Made by a program: the position numbers and the translations under genes
From: Clostridia bacterium
GTDB lineage: Bacteria; Bacillota; Clostridia; Christensenellales; QALW01
Reading direction: 5' to 3'
Assembly (NCBI GenBank): GCA_900769815.1
Contig: CAAGID010000030.1
Coordinates: 2,993-66,992, forward strand
Length of the DNA: 64,000 nt
The notes under the pieces: model-generated
What the model was told of the DNA's origin: nothing
The model's input: only the letters and a program-made list of their open reading frames with translations
Databases searched by the model: none
Shown here: piece after piece, positions 9,530 to 18,175 of the stretch
How positions within the stretch are numbered: position 1 is the stretch's first letter
Layout of the letters: the number at the start of each line of letters is the position of its first letter

Positions 9530-10158
9530 TGTATCTTCTCCTTTATACAAATTTCGATACATTTATTAAGATATTCTTTTACTTCTTTCTTCCCATCCGC
9601 AATACTGCCTAACGGTTCGTATTCGTGGGCTGCAACAATTTTTTCTATATCCATATTTTTTAATTTATTGCAAGAATTTATATACTGTTCAGAATATGCG
9701 ATACCGCCTCTGTACTTTCCTATTCCCGCAAGTTGAAGGCAATCTCCCGACATAAGAGTTTTTGTTTTTAAATCAAAATATCCTACTGAATTATCTGTAT
9801 GCCCGGGTAAATATATCGCCTGAAGATTACCAATAATCGTTTGTCCGTCAGTTAGAATATGGCTATCTGATAATTCCGTTTTAAAGGTGGCACAAATACG
9901 TGCATCAGAAAATATTTCTTTAAGCCGATAAATTCCACCCATATGGTCATCGTGGTTATGTGTCAACAATAAATACTTTACCTTTTCAATTTTAAGCTCC
10001 CTTAATGCAGGTATAATATATTTATCTGCATCTTCAGAATAAGTTGCACTGTCAATTAGTGCAACTCCTTTTTCACAAATGTAAACATATACAGTTGTAA
10101 AAATGTCATCGAAGGGAACTTTTATTCTAAAGATACCTTGTGCTAATTTATCAGTCAT
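9526..10158 (-). CDS. MBL-fold metallo-hydrolase
   Basis: 210 aa with the HNHDDHMGG (HxHxDH) motif and later His/Asp ligands. Its stop overlaps the next start. Confidence 0.85.
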   Translation of the reverse strand: MTDKLAQGIFRIKVPFDDIFTTVYVYICEKGVALIDSATYSEDADKYIIPALRELKIEKVKYLLLTHNHDDHMGGIYRLKEIFSDARICATFKTELSDSHILTDGQTIIGNLQAIYLPGHTDNSVGYFDLKTKTLMSGDCLQLAGIGKYRGGIAYSEQYINSCNKLKNMDIEKIVAAHEYEPLGSIADGKKEVKEYLNKCIEICIKEKIQ

Positions 10159-10240
10159 AATAAAATATATCCTTTTTTATTTTACTTATTATGCCATGTT
10201 CGCATTTAAAAATCAAGAAAACAGATATTTAGTATCTCTT

Positions 10241-11371
10241 TTATTTTATAAGTCTGAAAACTTGATATGCCGTATCTGACAAATTTTTATAGGCATTTTC
10301 GTGTTTCAAGGCTTCTTCCAGTGTTACAACAGTTCTCATTATAGGAAAGAAAGCATCTATTCCGTGTTCGTTACATACGCACGCGTCTTCTGTTACGCAA
10401 CCGGAAAATGCAATTACCTTTTTACCATATTTTTTGGCAAGTTTTGCAACGCCTATAGGTGCCTTACCCATAACCGTCTGAGCATCTAATCTGCCTTCGC
10501 CCGTAACGACTAAATCCGCATCTTTGATGTATTCTTCAAGATTTGTTTCATCTAAAATAATATTGACGCCTCTCTCTAAGGTTGCATTTGTAAAGGTTAA
10601 GAAGGCAAACCCCAAACCTCCTGCCGCACCTGCACCGGGATAGTTAATATTGGCTTTTGAAGATACTGTTTTTGCAATTTCAGCATAGTTTTTTAGCCAT
10701 AAATCCATATCTGTTATCATTTGAGGCGTAGCACCTTTCTGAGGTCCGAAGACACTACTACAGCCGTTTTCTCCGCAAAGAGGATTTGTAACGTCGCAGG
10801 CTATGCGGAAAGTACATTCTTTAAGCTCAGGAATAACATTTTGGGCAGATATTGAATATAACTCTTTGAGTCCTCTTGCTCCTAAAGAGATACTTTGATT
10901 GTTTTTATTCAAAAACTCAAAGCCCAAAGCACTGAGCATACCAACACCACCGTCATTGGTGGCGCTTCCACCAATACCTACGATAAAATGACGACAACCT
11001 CTTTTTATGGCATCCTTAATAATTTCGCCAACACCGTAAGTAGTGGTCATAAGTGGATTACGTTCTTCCTGAGATACTAAAGTTATTCCTGCTGCCGATG
11101 CCATTTCAATAACGGCAGTAGTATTATTACCTAATATGCAATATCTGCCTTCTACAGGTTTTAAAAGAGGCCCTGATACTGTAAGTTCTATATTTTTTCC
11201 GCCAAGACAGGTTGAAAGTGCTTCAACAGTTCCTTCTCCGCCATCTGCTAAAGGACGAATAAATACTTCGGCTTTACTGTCTACTTTTAAAGCGGCATCT
11301 TTTACTGCATTTCCTGCCTGAAAAGACGTAAGACTTCCTTTAAAGGAATCAATAGCAATTACTATTCGCAT
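10241..11371 (-). CDS. glxK: glycerate kinase
   Basis: ORF 10241-11416. The ATG at 11371 gives MRIVIAIDSFKGSLTSFQAGNAV...PLADGGEGT...GIGGSATNDGG...VVTGEGRLD, which are glycerate kinase family hallmarks. Confidence 0.85.
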   Translation of the reverse strand: MRIVIAIDSFKGSLTSFQAGNAVKDAALKVDSKAEVFIRPLADGGEGTVEALSTCLGGKNIELTVSGPLLKPVEGRYCILGNNTTAVIEMASAAGITLVSQEERNPLMTTTYGVGEIIKDAIKRGCRHFIVGIGGSATNDGGVGMLSALGFEFLNKNNQSISLGARGLKELYSISAQNVIPELKECTFRIACDVTNPLCGENGCSSVFGPQKGATPQMITDMDLWLKNYAEIAKTVSSKANINYPGAGAAGGLGFAFLTFTNATLERGVNIILDETNLEEYIKDADLVVTGEGRLDAQTVMGKAPIGVAKLAKKYGKKVIAFSGCVTEDACVCNEHGIDAFFPIMRTVVTLEEALKHENAYKNLSDTAYQVFRLIK

Positions 11372-11388
11372 ATCCTTCAAACCTTCTC

Positions 11389-12108
11389 TTATTTTAGTAT
11401 TGAGTTGAAAGCACATTCGTTAAATTTAATACACATTTCTTCTGTTAAACTGCAGTGGCCTCTTTCAGGAATCGAAAAATAGGTTATATTGTGCTTTTCC
11501 TGCATTTTTTTAACAAAACGGTCACTGTGCTTTTGTTTATTGACTGCTTTATCCTCTTCACAATGGAAAATATAATAATCAGTGTTTTCAGGCATTTTCT
11601 CTACAAGATGAATTGGCGATGCTGTACGCAAAGCCTCATCCATTGTTCCTTCATACGTTCCGAACGCACTATAAAGCGTACGTGGAAGGTCATAACGCTC
11701 CGTAAAGTGGTATGGTAAGTCGCATACGGGACAATTTACTACACAGGAAACGGGTGTACGCTTCGCATAGGCAGTATATACAAGTGCCGATAAACCACCC
11801 ATACTTCCGCCGGAAGAAACAATAGGCATATCATCGGGAAGATTATATTCTTTAATCAGTACGTCTATAATTTCATCAACGAAATCAACGGTTTGTCTAT
11901 TCATCCACGCCCAAGGATTATGATACGTTACAAGATAAAGTATACCCTTTTCTGCATATTTACGACCTTCTTCTGTATCTTCATAATACATTTGAGCACT
12001 GCCCAAACCATAAAAGAATACAACTAACCCTTTTATCGGTTTTTTACAAATCTGATCATTACAGTAAGCAAAATTCCGTAAATTTTCCATTGTAATTATT
12101 TTTTCCAT
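11389..12108 (-). CDS. alpha/beta hydrolase (S9/dienelactone-hydrolase-like esterase)
   Basis: ORF 11389-12150. The ATG at 12108 follows AGGAGGGAC. GGSMGG nucleophile elbow and a C-terminal His (ERGHCS). Confidence 0.7.
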   Translation of the reverse strand: MEKIITMENLRNFAYCNDQICKKPIKGLVVFFYGLGSAQMYYEDTEEGRKYAEKGILYLVTYHNPWAWMNRQTVDFVDEIIDVLIKEYNLPDDMPIVSSGGSMGGLSALVYTAYAKRTPVSCVVNCPVCDLPYHFTERYDLPRTLYSAFGTYEGTMDEALRTASPIHLVEKMPENTDYYIFHCEEDKAVNKQKHSDRFVKKMQEKHNITYFSIPERGHCSLTEEMCIKFNECAFNSILK

Positions 12109-12238
12109 AAAAGTCCCTCCTAAATACATAAAATTTGCATAAAAAATCATACCACACTTTTTTATTCTTTACAAGTCTTAATTAAGTATGGTATGATAAT
12201 TTTTTAATAAAAAATATATATGTTGTATATTATTAAAA

Positions 12239-13996
12239 TCAGTCCATAGCGTATTTCTGCTTGTAGCTTTCATACATATTGCTGAACTCAGCAACTTCGC
12301 CTGATTTTAATTGGTTAAGATATTCGTGAACCTCGAAAGAGTCATTTGTTATTTCAATAACACAAACAGCTATATTGGAGCAATGGTCGGATATTCTCTC
12401 AAAGTCATTTAAAATGTCTGAAAGAACAAAACCTAACTCCATTGTGCAGTCGCCCTGGCGAAGTCTGGAAATATGTCCATTCTTAATCTTTCTCTTAAGC
12501 CTGTCTATAACCTGCTCAAGAGGTTCTACGTGCTTTGCAAACTCCAGATCCTCGTTAAAAAGAGTCTGTGTTGAAAGCTCTAATATTTCTTCAACTGCAG
12601 ATGCCATTATTCCAATATCCTTCTTTGCTTTATCGGAAAATTTGATCTGCTTATCAAAAACTTCTTTACCAGCTTCTGCAATATTAAGGGTATGGTCAGA
12701 TATTCTCTCAATATCGCCAATGCAATGCAAGAGCTCTGTTACCACCTTACTGTCTTTAGATGATAATTGAGTTTCAGCTATTCGTACAAGATAGGTGCTT
12801 GTCTTATCTTCATATTTATCAACAAGACTTTCCAATTTTTGTACTTCTGCAAAAACTTCAGGCGAATAATTATCAATTAACGAAACTGACAATTTATATG
12901 CCTTTGATGTAATCCTTGCCATTTCATAAACAAGATCTTTACACTTTTCTACAGCGAATGCCGGTATATCTAAAAATCTTTCATCAAGAGTAGCAAATGC
13001 ATCCTGTTCTTTATCGTGTTTTTTATCCGGTATAGTTTTCAACGCTAAATTTTCAATTAACTTGCAGAATGGTAAAAGTATAACAGTTGATAAAATATTA
13101 AACAGTGTGTGAACAATAGCAATATCCATAGCTCCCACATCATTATGCAAAAATTCAAATCCGATAAAGGCATTAAGAAGATAGAAAACTCCTGCAACTA
13201 CAATAACACCGATAGTTTTAATGTATAAGCAACTTATTGCAACTCGCTTTGATTCGGTGTTTGCGTTAATTGATGATATTATAGGAGTTACAGTAGTACC
13301 GATATTCTGTCCTAAAATAACGGGAATTGCCGTAGAAAAAGGAATGTTGCACGTTAATGCTAATGCCTGCAAAACACCTACCGATGCAGATGAAGACTGA
13401 ATAATAGCAGTAAAAATAGTTCCGAACAGGATTCCTATAAGAGGATTGGAAAAAACGGTAAGCATCTGAGTGAAGGCTGCGTTATCTTTAAGTCCCTCCA
13501 TAGCACCGCTCATAGTCTCCATACCAAACATCAGCACTGCAAAACCCATAAGAATATAGCCCGTATTCTTTTTCTTGTCGTTTTTACCAACAACTGTCAT
13601 TAAAAAGCCGATTAATGCAAGTATTGGTGTAAAAGATTCAGGCTTAAATAGCTTTATAAGAGTTGCTGTTCCTTGAATATCAGCCGTACTAAGAAGCCAT
13701 GACGTAACAGTAGTACCAATATTCGCACCCATAATTATGCTTATTGTCTGTCCAAGCTTCATAATACCTGAGTTAACAAAACCAACAAGCATAACCGTCG
13801 TTGCCGAAGAAGATTGTATGATGGCAGTAACGATAAATCCTAAAAGGAAACCTTTTATTCTTGTTGAAGTTAACTTTGCAAGGGTGGATTCAAGTTTTCC
13901 GCCCGCCAGCTTTTTAAGGCTGTCGCCCATTAAATCCATACCGTAAAGGAAAAGAGCTAAACCGCCTATTAAAGTTAATACAGTAAAGATATCCAT
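12239..13996 (-). CDS. Na/Pi cotransporter family protein with C-terminal PhoU-like repeats
   Basis: 585 aa. The N-terminal half has duplicated Na_Pi_cotrans motifs (QSSSATTVM / QSSSASVGV). The C-terminal half has two PhoU-like helices (ERISDH twice). RBS is CAGGAGGG. Confidence 0.9.
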   Translation of the reverse strand: MDIFTVLTLIGGLALFLYGMDLMGDSLKKLAGGKLESTLAKLTSTRIKGFLLGFIVTAIIQSSSATTVMLVGFVNSGIMKLGQTISIIMGANIGTTVTSWLLSTADIQGTATLIKLFKPESFTPILALIGFLMTVVGKNDKKKNTGYILMGFAVLMFGMETMSGAMEGLKDNAAFTQMLTVFSNPLIGILFGTIFTAIIQSSSASVGVLQALALTCNIPFSTAIPVILGQNIGTTVTPIISSINANTESKRVAISCLYIKTIGVIVVAGVFYLLNAFIGFEFLHNDVGAMDIAIVHTLFNILSTVILLPFCKLIENLALKTIPDKKHDKEQDAFATLDERFLDIPAFAVEKCKDLVYEMARITSKAYKLSVSLIDNYSPEVFAEVQKLESLVDKYEDKTSTYLVRIAETQLSSKDSKVVTELLHCIGDIERISDHTLNIAEAGKEVFDKQIKFSDKAKKDIGIMASAVEEILELSTQTLFNEDLEFAKHVEPLEQVIDRLKRKIKNGHISRLRQGDCTMELGFVLSDILNDFERISDHCSNIAVCVIEITNDSFEVHEYLNQLKSGEVAEFSNMYESYKQKYAMD

Positions 13997-14205
13997 AATA
14001 CCCTCCTGAAATATTATTTATTTAATCATATCATATTTTTACAAAAAGCACAATTAAATTGCTACAAAAAAAAATAAAAAATAGAGAAATATTTACATAT
14101 AACTTTAATATTATATTTATAAAACATATTTAATTAGTAACACAGGTATTGAAAGTTAACGCCGCAGCGGCTGTTAACCTTATTGTGAGAGATTAAAGTC
14201 TGTTT

Positions 14206-14260
14206 ATGATGACAATAGCAACGCTATCGTTGATGATATACCATTTCTTTCGCAATGGAT
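14206..14260. repeat. short copy of the ATGATAT-punctuated mini-hairpin pattern
   Basis: Plus strand: ATGATGA caatag CAACG-ctat-CGTTG ATGATATA CCATT-tctttcgc-AATGG AT. It directly abuts the tRNA-Leu terminator. Confidence 0.5.
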
Positions 14261-14287
14261 AAAAAAACCTCGCTCCGAAGAACGAGA
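14261..14287 (-). terminator. intrinsic terminator of tRNA-Leu
   Basis: Minus strand: CTCGTTC-TTCG-GAGCGAG (7 bp including one G.U pair, UUCG tetraloop), followed by GTTTTTTT. Confidence 0.75.
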
Positions 14288-14292
14288 TTTTC

Positions 14293-14381
14293 TGGTGCCG
14301 AAGACCGGGGTCGAACCGGTACGGGTATTACTACCCACGGGATTTTAAGTCCCGGGCGTCTGCCTATTCCGCCACTCCGGC
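14293..14381 (-). tRNA. tRNA-Leu (anticodon UAA), class II long variable arm, CCA encoded
   Basis: Minus strand: GCCGGAGTGGCGGAATAGGCAGACGCCCGGGACTTAAAATCCCGTGGGTAGTAATACCCGTACCGGTTCGACCCCGGTCTTCGGCACCA. Acceptor GCCGGAG/CTTCGGC, anticodon loop CTTAAAA, T-loop TTCGACC. Confidence 0.93.
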
Positions 14382-14405
14382 AAGGAGTTTTTATTTGACG
14401 AACAT

Positions 14406-14434
14406 ATTATACTTCAAAATAAAAAATTAGTCAA
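14406..14434 (-). promoter_or_regulatory. sigma-A-type promoter for tRNA-Leu
   Basis: Minus strand: TTGACT (14429-14434), 17-nt spacer, TATAAT (14406-14411), about 25 nt upstream of the mature 5' end. Confidence 0.55.
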
Positions 14435-14610
14435 CAGAATATTTTATACTTTTTCTTTATTTTTTATGAGAATGTTATATAATAATTATAAAATATTAAA
14501 GTATTACTAATTTTACATTTTTTACTATTTATTATAAAACCATATTTCTATTTAAATATTGGCGATTTTTTACATATTAGAGATATAAAACACATCTATT
14601 TCATTACATA

Positions 14611-14640
14611 TTGCCAACCATATTAAAGATATGCTATAAT
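14611..14640 (+). promoter_or_regulatory. sigma-A-type promoter (extended -10) for the 14704 gene
   Basis: TTGCCA (14611-14616), 18-nt spacer, TGcTATAAT (14632-14640). Confidence 0.45.
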
Positions 14641-14703
14641 TATAAAAAATATAATTTTTTCTAATTTAATACAAGTATATAACATACCATAGAGGTGTAA
14701 AAA

Positions 14704-15078
14704 ATGTCACAAAAGGAAGAAAAAGTCATTTATGGCGAATATACCGTTTGCAGAGCCGATTTCGAAAGACTGCATCAGCTTGATACCAATGAAGCAAAAT
14801 TAAGAAGCCGCGCCGAGCTCGGTGTAAAAACTCTGGCGGACCTTGAGTTTAACGATATAAAAAATATTAAAACAATACAGAAATATATTGATACCACGTT
14901 TCCTAACTCATTAAAGCTTATTGAAGAAAAACGGCAGAAAATTTTAGAAAGATATAAAAAAAGAATATATCTTTCACCAAAATTGCTTAATATTTTCTTT
15001 AACGTTGCTTTTCTTTCCATCGCAACGGCTGTGGTTATTATTTTAGTTATATATTTAGTAAAAACAGCCGGTTTATAG
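14704..15078 (+). CDS. hypothetical tail-anchored membrane protein
   Basis: 124 aa with a GAGGTG RBS. Charged helical N-terminal part and a single C-terminal TM helix (LLNIFFNVAFLSIATAVVIILVIYLV). No family recognised. Confidence 0.6.
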   Translation: MSQKEEKVIYGEYTVCRADFERLHQLDTNEAKLRSRAELGVKTLADLEFNDIKNIKTIQKYIDTTFPNSLKLIEEKRQKILERYKKRIYLSPKLLNIFFNVAFLSIATAVVIILVIYLVKTAGL

Positions 15079-15152
15079 CCGGCAGCAAGCGTTTATTGAC
15101 AATATCTACAAGGAGTTATATAATTAAGATAATATTTTAAAGGAGCAATTAT

Positions 15153-16037
15153 ATGCTTGATTTTAAGCCGCTTTCAACAGATATAAAAGAAGAATATGAA
15201 AAATTTTCCTTCAACCATACAAGGAGCTGTCTTCATTCCTTCGCAACAATGTTTATATGGGGACAAGCACATTACACTGTGGTTGACGGATTCTTTGTGT
15301 TTTTGGTAAAATACGGTGATAAATACTTATATCCATTTCCCGTAGGTAATGGCGATATTAAGCATATAATCGAAATTTTAATTAACGATGCAAAAGAAAG
15401 AAATATTCCTTTAAGAATATCAGGACTTAATAAAGATGATGAAAAGCTTTTGAATAAACTTTTTCCTGAAAAATTCACATTTCTTTCAAAGCGTGATTCC
15501 GAAGATTATATTTATCTTTTAGATGACCTTAAAGATTTAGAAGGCAGAAAGTTTCACGCAAAACGCAATCACTTAAATAAGTTCAAAAGACTTTATCCTG
15601 ACTTTTCTCTTGAAGAAATCAACAAAAGCAATATTAAAAAAGTTTGGGAATTTGCTTTAAAGTGGTACGATATTCGCAATGACGAAGATATAGTTTACGA
15701 AAAGAAAGCATTAAAACGTGCTTTTGATGATTATGAAGTTTTAGGCTTTGTCGGTATGCTTTTATCTGTTAACGGGCAGATTGTTGCCTTTACATTAGCA
15801 TCGCAGACAACAAATAACACCTTTGACGTACACTTTGAAAAGGCATTAAAGAATTTTGACGGTGCATACACTGCAATAAATTACTTTTTTGCAAACCATA
15901 TTTCTGAAAACTATCCTTTTATAAAATACCTTAACCGCGAGGAAGATATGGGCATTGAGGGCTTAAGAAAGGCTAAATTAAGCTATAACCCTATCTTTCT
16001 GCAAGAGCGTATTACTGCTACAGAGGTTAAGTTATGA
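15153..16037 (+). CDS. DUF2156 domain protein (stand-alone homologue of the MprF C-terminal aminoacyl-tRNA-dependent transferase domain)
   Basis: 294 aa with an AAAGGAG RBS. The N-terminus LDFKPLSTDIKEEYEKF...SFATMFIWGQAHYT and the HAKRNHLNKF motif match my recollection of DUF2156/LPG_synthase_C proteins. Confidence 0.7.
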   Translation: MLDFKPLSTDIKEEYEKFSFNHTRSCLHSFATMFIWGQAHYTVVDGFFVFLVKYGDKYLYPFPVGNGDIKHIIEILINDAKERNIPLRISGLNKDDEKLLNKLFPEKFTFLSKRDSEDYIYLLDDLKDLEGRKFHAKRNHLNKFKRLYPDFSLEEINKSNIKKVWEFALKWYDIRNDEDIVYEKKALKRAFDDYEVLGFVGMLLSVNGQIVAFTLASQTTNNTFDVHFEKALKNFDGAYTAINYFFANHISENYPFIKYLNREEDMGIEGLRKAKLSYNPIFLQERITATEVKL

Positions 16038-16783
16038 TTATAAGGCATTCAACAGTCAACGATATTCCCATTTTAAAATCACTTTGGCGTGAAGCCTTCA
16101 ATGACAGCGATTCTTTTATTGATAATTTTTTAAATTGTGCCTATAAAGAAAATTGCTCTTTGATTCTTGAAAGCGATAACAAAATCGCTTCAATGCTTTA
16201 TTGGTTTGATTGTGCCTTTAACGAAAAACCTGTTGCATACATTTATGCCGTTGCTACCTTTAATGAATTTCAAAAAAAGGGATTATGTAACGCCTTAATG
16301 GAGGCTTTACACAAGCATTTAAAGGCTTTGGGATACGTTGGGGCATGTCTTGTGCCATCAAATGAACATCTCTTTAATTTCTACGGCAAAATGGGCTATA
16401 TAAAGTGTATATACAATAATGAAAAAGAAGTTATTCCCGAAAAAGGCAAGGTTAATTTTGTAAAAATCTCTGCTGAGGAATATATAAACTTAAGAAAAAA
16501 TCATCTACCAAAAAACTGTATCACGCAAAATGATACTGAATTTTTAAAACTTCAATTAAACTTTTTTAAAGGCCAAGATTTTCTTTTTTCTGCAATGAAA
16601 GAAAAAGAAACTCTTTTTGTTCCCGAATTTTGGGGCAATAAAAATAGTCAAGGGAATATTGTTTATTGCCAGAATGCAAAAAAAGGTCTTTTCCGCACAA
16701 TAGGCAGAGAAAAACCTTTTGCTATGTATCTTCCCTTTATAGAAACTCAATTACCTGAATATTTAGATTTTGCATATGATTAA
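16034..16783 (+). CDS. GNAT-family N-acetyltransferase
   Basis: 249 aa. The start overlaps the upstream stop (ATGA). The acetyl-CoA motif region is YIYAVATFNEFQKKGLCNALMEAL. Confidence 0.75.
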   Translation: MIIRHSTVNDIPILKSLWREAFNDSDSFIDNFLNCAYKENCSLILESDNKIASMLYWFDCAFNEKPVAYIYAVATFNEFQKKGLCNALMEALHKHLKALGYVGACLVPSNEHLFNFYGKMGYIKCIYNNEKEVIPEKGKVNFVKISAEEYINLRKNHLPKNCITQNDTEFLKLQLNFFKGQDFLFSAMKEKETLFVPEFWGNKNSQGNIVYCQNAKKGLFRTIGREKPFAMYLPFIETQLPEYLDFAYD

Positions 16784-16809
16784 AGCACTTCAAAATGAAG
16801 TGCTTTTTT
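16783..16809. terminator. bidirectional intrinsic terminator
   Basis: AAGCACTTCA-aaa-TGAAGTGCTT followed by TTTTT, located between convergent genes. Confidence 0.7.
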
Positions 16810-16810
16810 C

Positions 16811-17122
16811 TTATTTAAATTTTACTGCGGTACCGTAAACAATAACTTCTGCCGCACCTTGCATAACTGCCGAGGATGCGTAGCGGATATTTACGACGGC
16901 ATCTGCACCTAAGGCTTCTGCCTCTTGAACCATTCTCTTTGTAGCGATTGCTCTTGCTTCATTCATCATTTCATTATATGATTTTAATTCGCCGCCCACA
17001 AGAGTTTTAAAGCTTTGTGCAATGTCTTTACCCAAATGCTTTGACTGAATAGTGCTTCCTTTAACAAGTAATAACGTTTCCAAGTCCTTACCGCTGATAT
17101 AATCAGTATTTACTAATATCAT
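16811..17122 (-). CDS. ybjQ: YbjQ-family protein (UPF0145)
   Basis: 103 aa: MILVNTDYISGKD...GGELKSYNEMMNEARAIATKRMVQEAEALGADAVVNIRY, a textbook YbjQ sequence. Confidence 0.88.
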   Translation of the reverse strand: MILVNTDYISGKDLETLLLVKGSTIQSKHLGKDIAQSFKTLVGGELKSYNEMMNEARAIATKRMVQEAEALGADAVVNIRYASSAVMQGAAEVIVYGTAVKFK

Positions 17123-17327
17123 CTTCTTCGCCTTCCTTTATTTCTTTAATTCTTTCTATTAAAACAATGACCGTTAATATGCAAAAAACAAGAGGAATAA
17201 TGGTTAAAAGATACTTCCATAAACCTTCAAGCATCGATATTAAGAAGCCAAAGTAAATAACAAAATACAAAATACAGATAGCCGTTACCACAATGGGTGC
17301 TATCATTTTTTTGCCGTGATTTTTCAA
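17103..17327 (-). CDS. small two-TM membrane protein
   Basis: ORF 17103-17387. The start must lie after the promoter at 17359-17387. The TTG at 17327 is 5 nt after GAGGTGG, and the ATG at 17306 is the alternative. The 3' end overlaps the ybjQ start. Confidence 0.55.
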   Translation of the reverse strand: MKNHGKKMIAPIVVTAICILYFVIYFGFLISMLEGLWKYLLTIIPLVFCILTVIVLIERIKEIKEGEEDDISKY

Positions 17328-17358
17328 GGCTACCACCTCAGATATTATATGTGATTTG

Positions 17359-17387
17359 ATTATAATATATTGAAAAATCTTTGTCAA
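17359..17387 (-). promoter_or_regulatory. consensus sigma-A promoter for the small-membrane-protein/ybjQ pair
   Basis: Minus strand: TTGACA (17382-17387), 17-nt spacer, TATAAT (17359-17364). Confidence 0.6.
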
Positions 17388-17441
17388 TATTTAAATACAG
17401 CCTGATGGCTAATGATATGCAAAAAGCACCCCGAATCAAAA

Positions 17442-17774
17442 TCATTCGTAAAACAAAGTAATTTTCGATTTGAAATACCGCTCTTGGAAATAGGTTAACT
17501 CTATGATTTCTCTTTTTGTAAAAGTAACGCCATCTGGTGCTACCACCCATTTGTGTTCGATGTCATCTTCACGGTTAATAATTGCAATAATTCTTCCGGT
17601 AAATTCAGAAACAGGTTCGGTTACGCCTAAAATATATGCATCCTCTTCTTCATCATCTGCCGCTATTGTTCCTTTAATATAACCATAATTTATGGGGTAG
17701 TATAAATTAGGATGTTCCGGATGAAAACTGCCAAGAGGCCTGTCAACTGTTACTGTAACAATTGGACCAATCAT
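17442..17774 (-). CDS. miniature inorganic-pyrophosphatase-like protein
   Basis: 110 aa. YPINYGYIKGT...DDEEEDAYILGV...IIAIINREDDIEHKWVVAP parallels the family I PPase core (YPxNYGxIPxT...DGDPxDxLV...D.K.i.V), but the N-terminal third is missing. Confidence 0.6.
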   Translation of the reverse strand: MIGPIVTVTVDRPLGSFHPEHPNLYYPINYGYIKGTIAADDEEEDAYILGVTEPVSEFTGRIIAIINREDDIEHKWVVAPDGVTFTKREIIELTYFQERYFKSKITLFYE

Positions 17775-18124
17775 TCCGTGCTCCCCTTTGCGGTTTTGCA
17801 GGAGGCAATTAAAAGTCTACGGATATTACCACAGAGTTTTTCAGTATGCCGATATGTGGCAATATCAATTCTTTTTGTTTCATACATCAGTTTTAACCAA
17901 TAACTTGTTTCATTTGATTCCTTCAAAGCAATTTCAAGTTTTGAAACAAAATCCTTTTTCCCCTGTGCATACTGTGCTTCGTGAATATTTGCACCAACCG
18001 ATGTGCTTGCTCTTGCAAGTTGATCGGTCATATAAGAACTTTTGGGTGCAGTTACGCCGTCAACAAGATTCAAAATAGCAACTGCAAACTCAAAAGATAA
18101 GTCTAGTAATTTATTATCAGACAT
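17771..18124 (-). CDS. four-helix-bundle protein (23S rRNA intervening-sequence protein / Avd family)
   Basis: The track ORF 17771-18340 is over-extended. The ATG at 18124 follows AAAGAAGGTG and lies downstream of the promoter at 18147-18175. MSDNKLLDLSFEFAVAILNLV...QLARASTSVGANIHEAQYAQGKKDFVSKLEIALKESNETSYWL is the family signature. The stop overlaps the next ATG (ATGA at 17771-17774). Confidence 0.8.
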   Translation of the reverse strand: MSDNKLLDLSFEFAVAILNLVDGVTAPKSSYMTDQLARASTSVGANIHEAQYAQGKKDFVSKLEIALKESNETSYWLKLMYETKRIDIATYRHTEKLCGNIRRLLIASCKTAKGSTE

Positions 18125-18146
18125 AAAAGCACCTTCTTTTAATATG

Positions 18147-18175
18147 ATTATATCATAAATTATTTCATTCTTCAA
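18147..18175 (-). promoter_or_regulatory. sigma-A-type promoter for the four-helix-bundle/mini-PPase pair
   Basis: Minus strand: TTGAAG (18170-18175), 17-nt spacer, TATAAT (18147-18152). The -10 sits in the palindrome ATGATATAATCAT. Confidence 0.55.

Noticed and set aside
14155-14178. Hairpin GTTAAC-GCC-gcagc-GGC-t-GTTAAC in the leader of the Na/Pi cotransporter gene, as a possible riboswitch or terminator
   Set aside because: There is no U tract on either strand, no flanking conserved motifs that I recognise, and it is an isolated structure. This is insufficient for a regulatory call.
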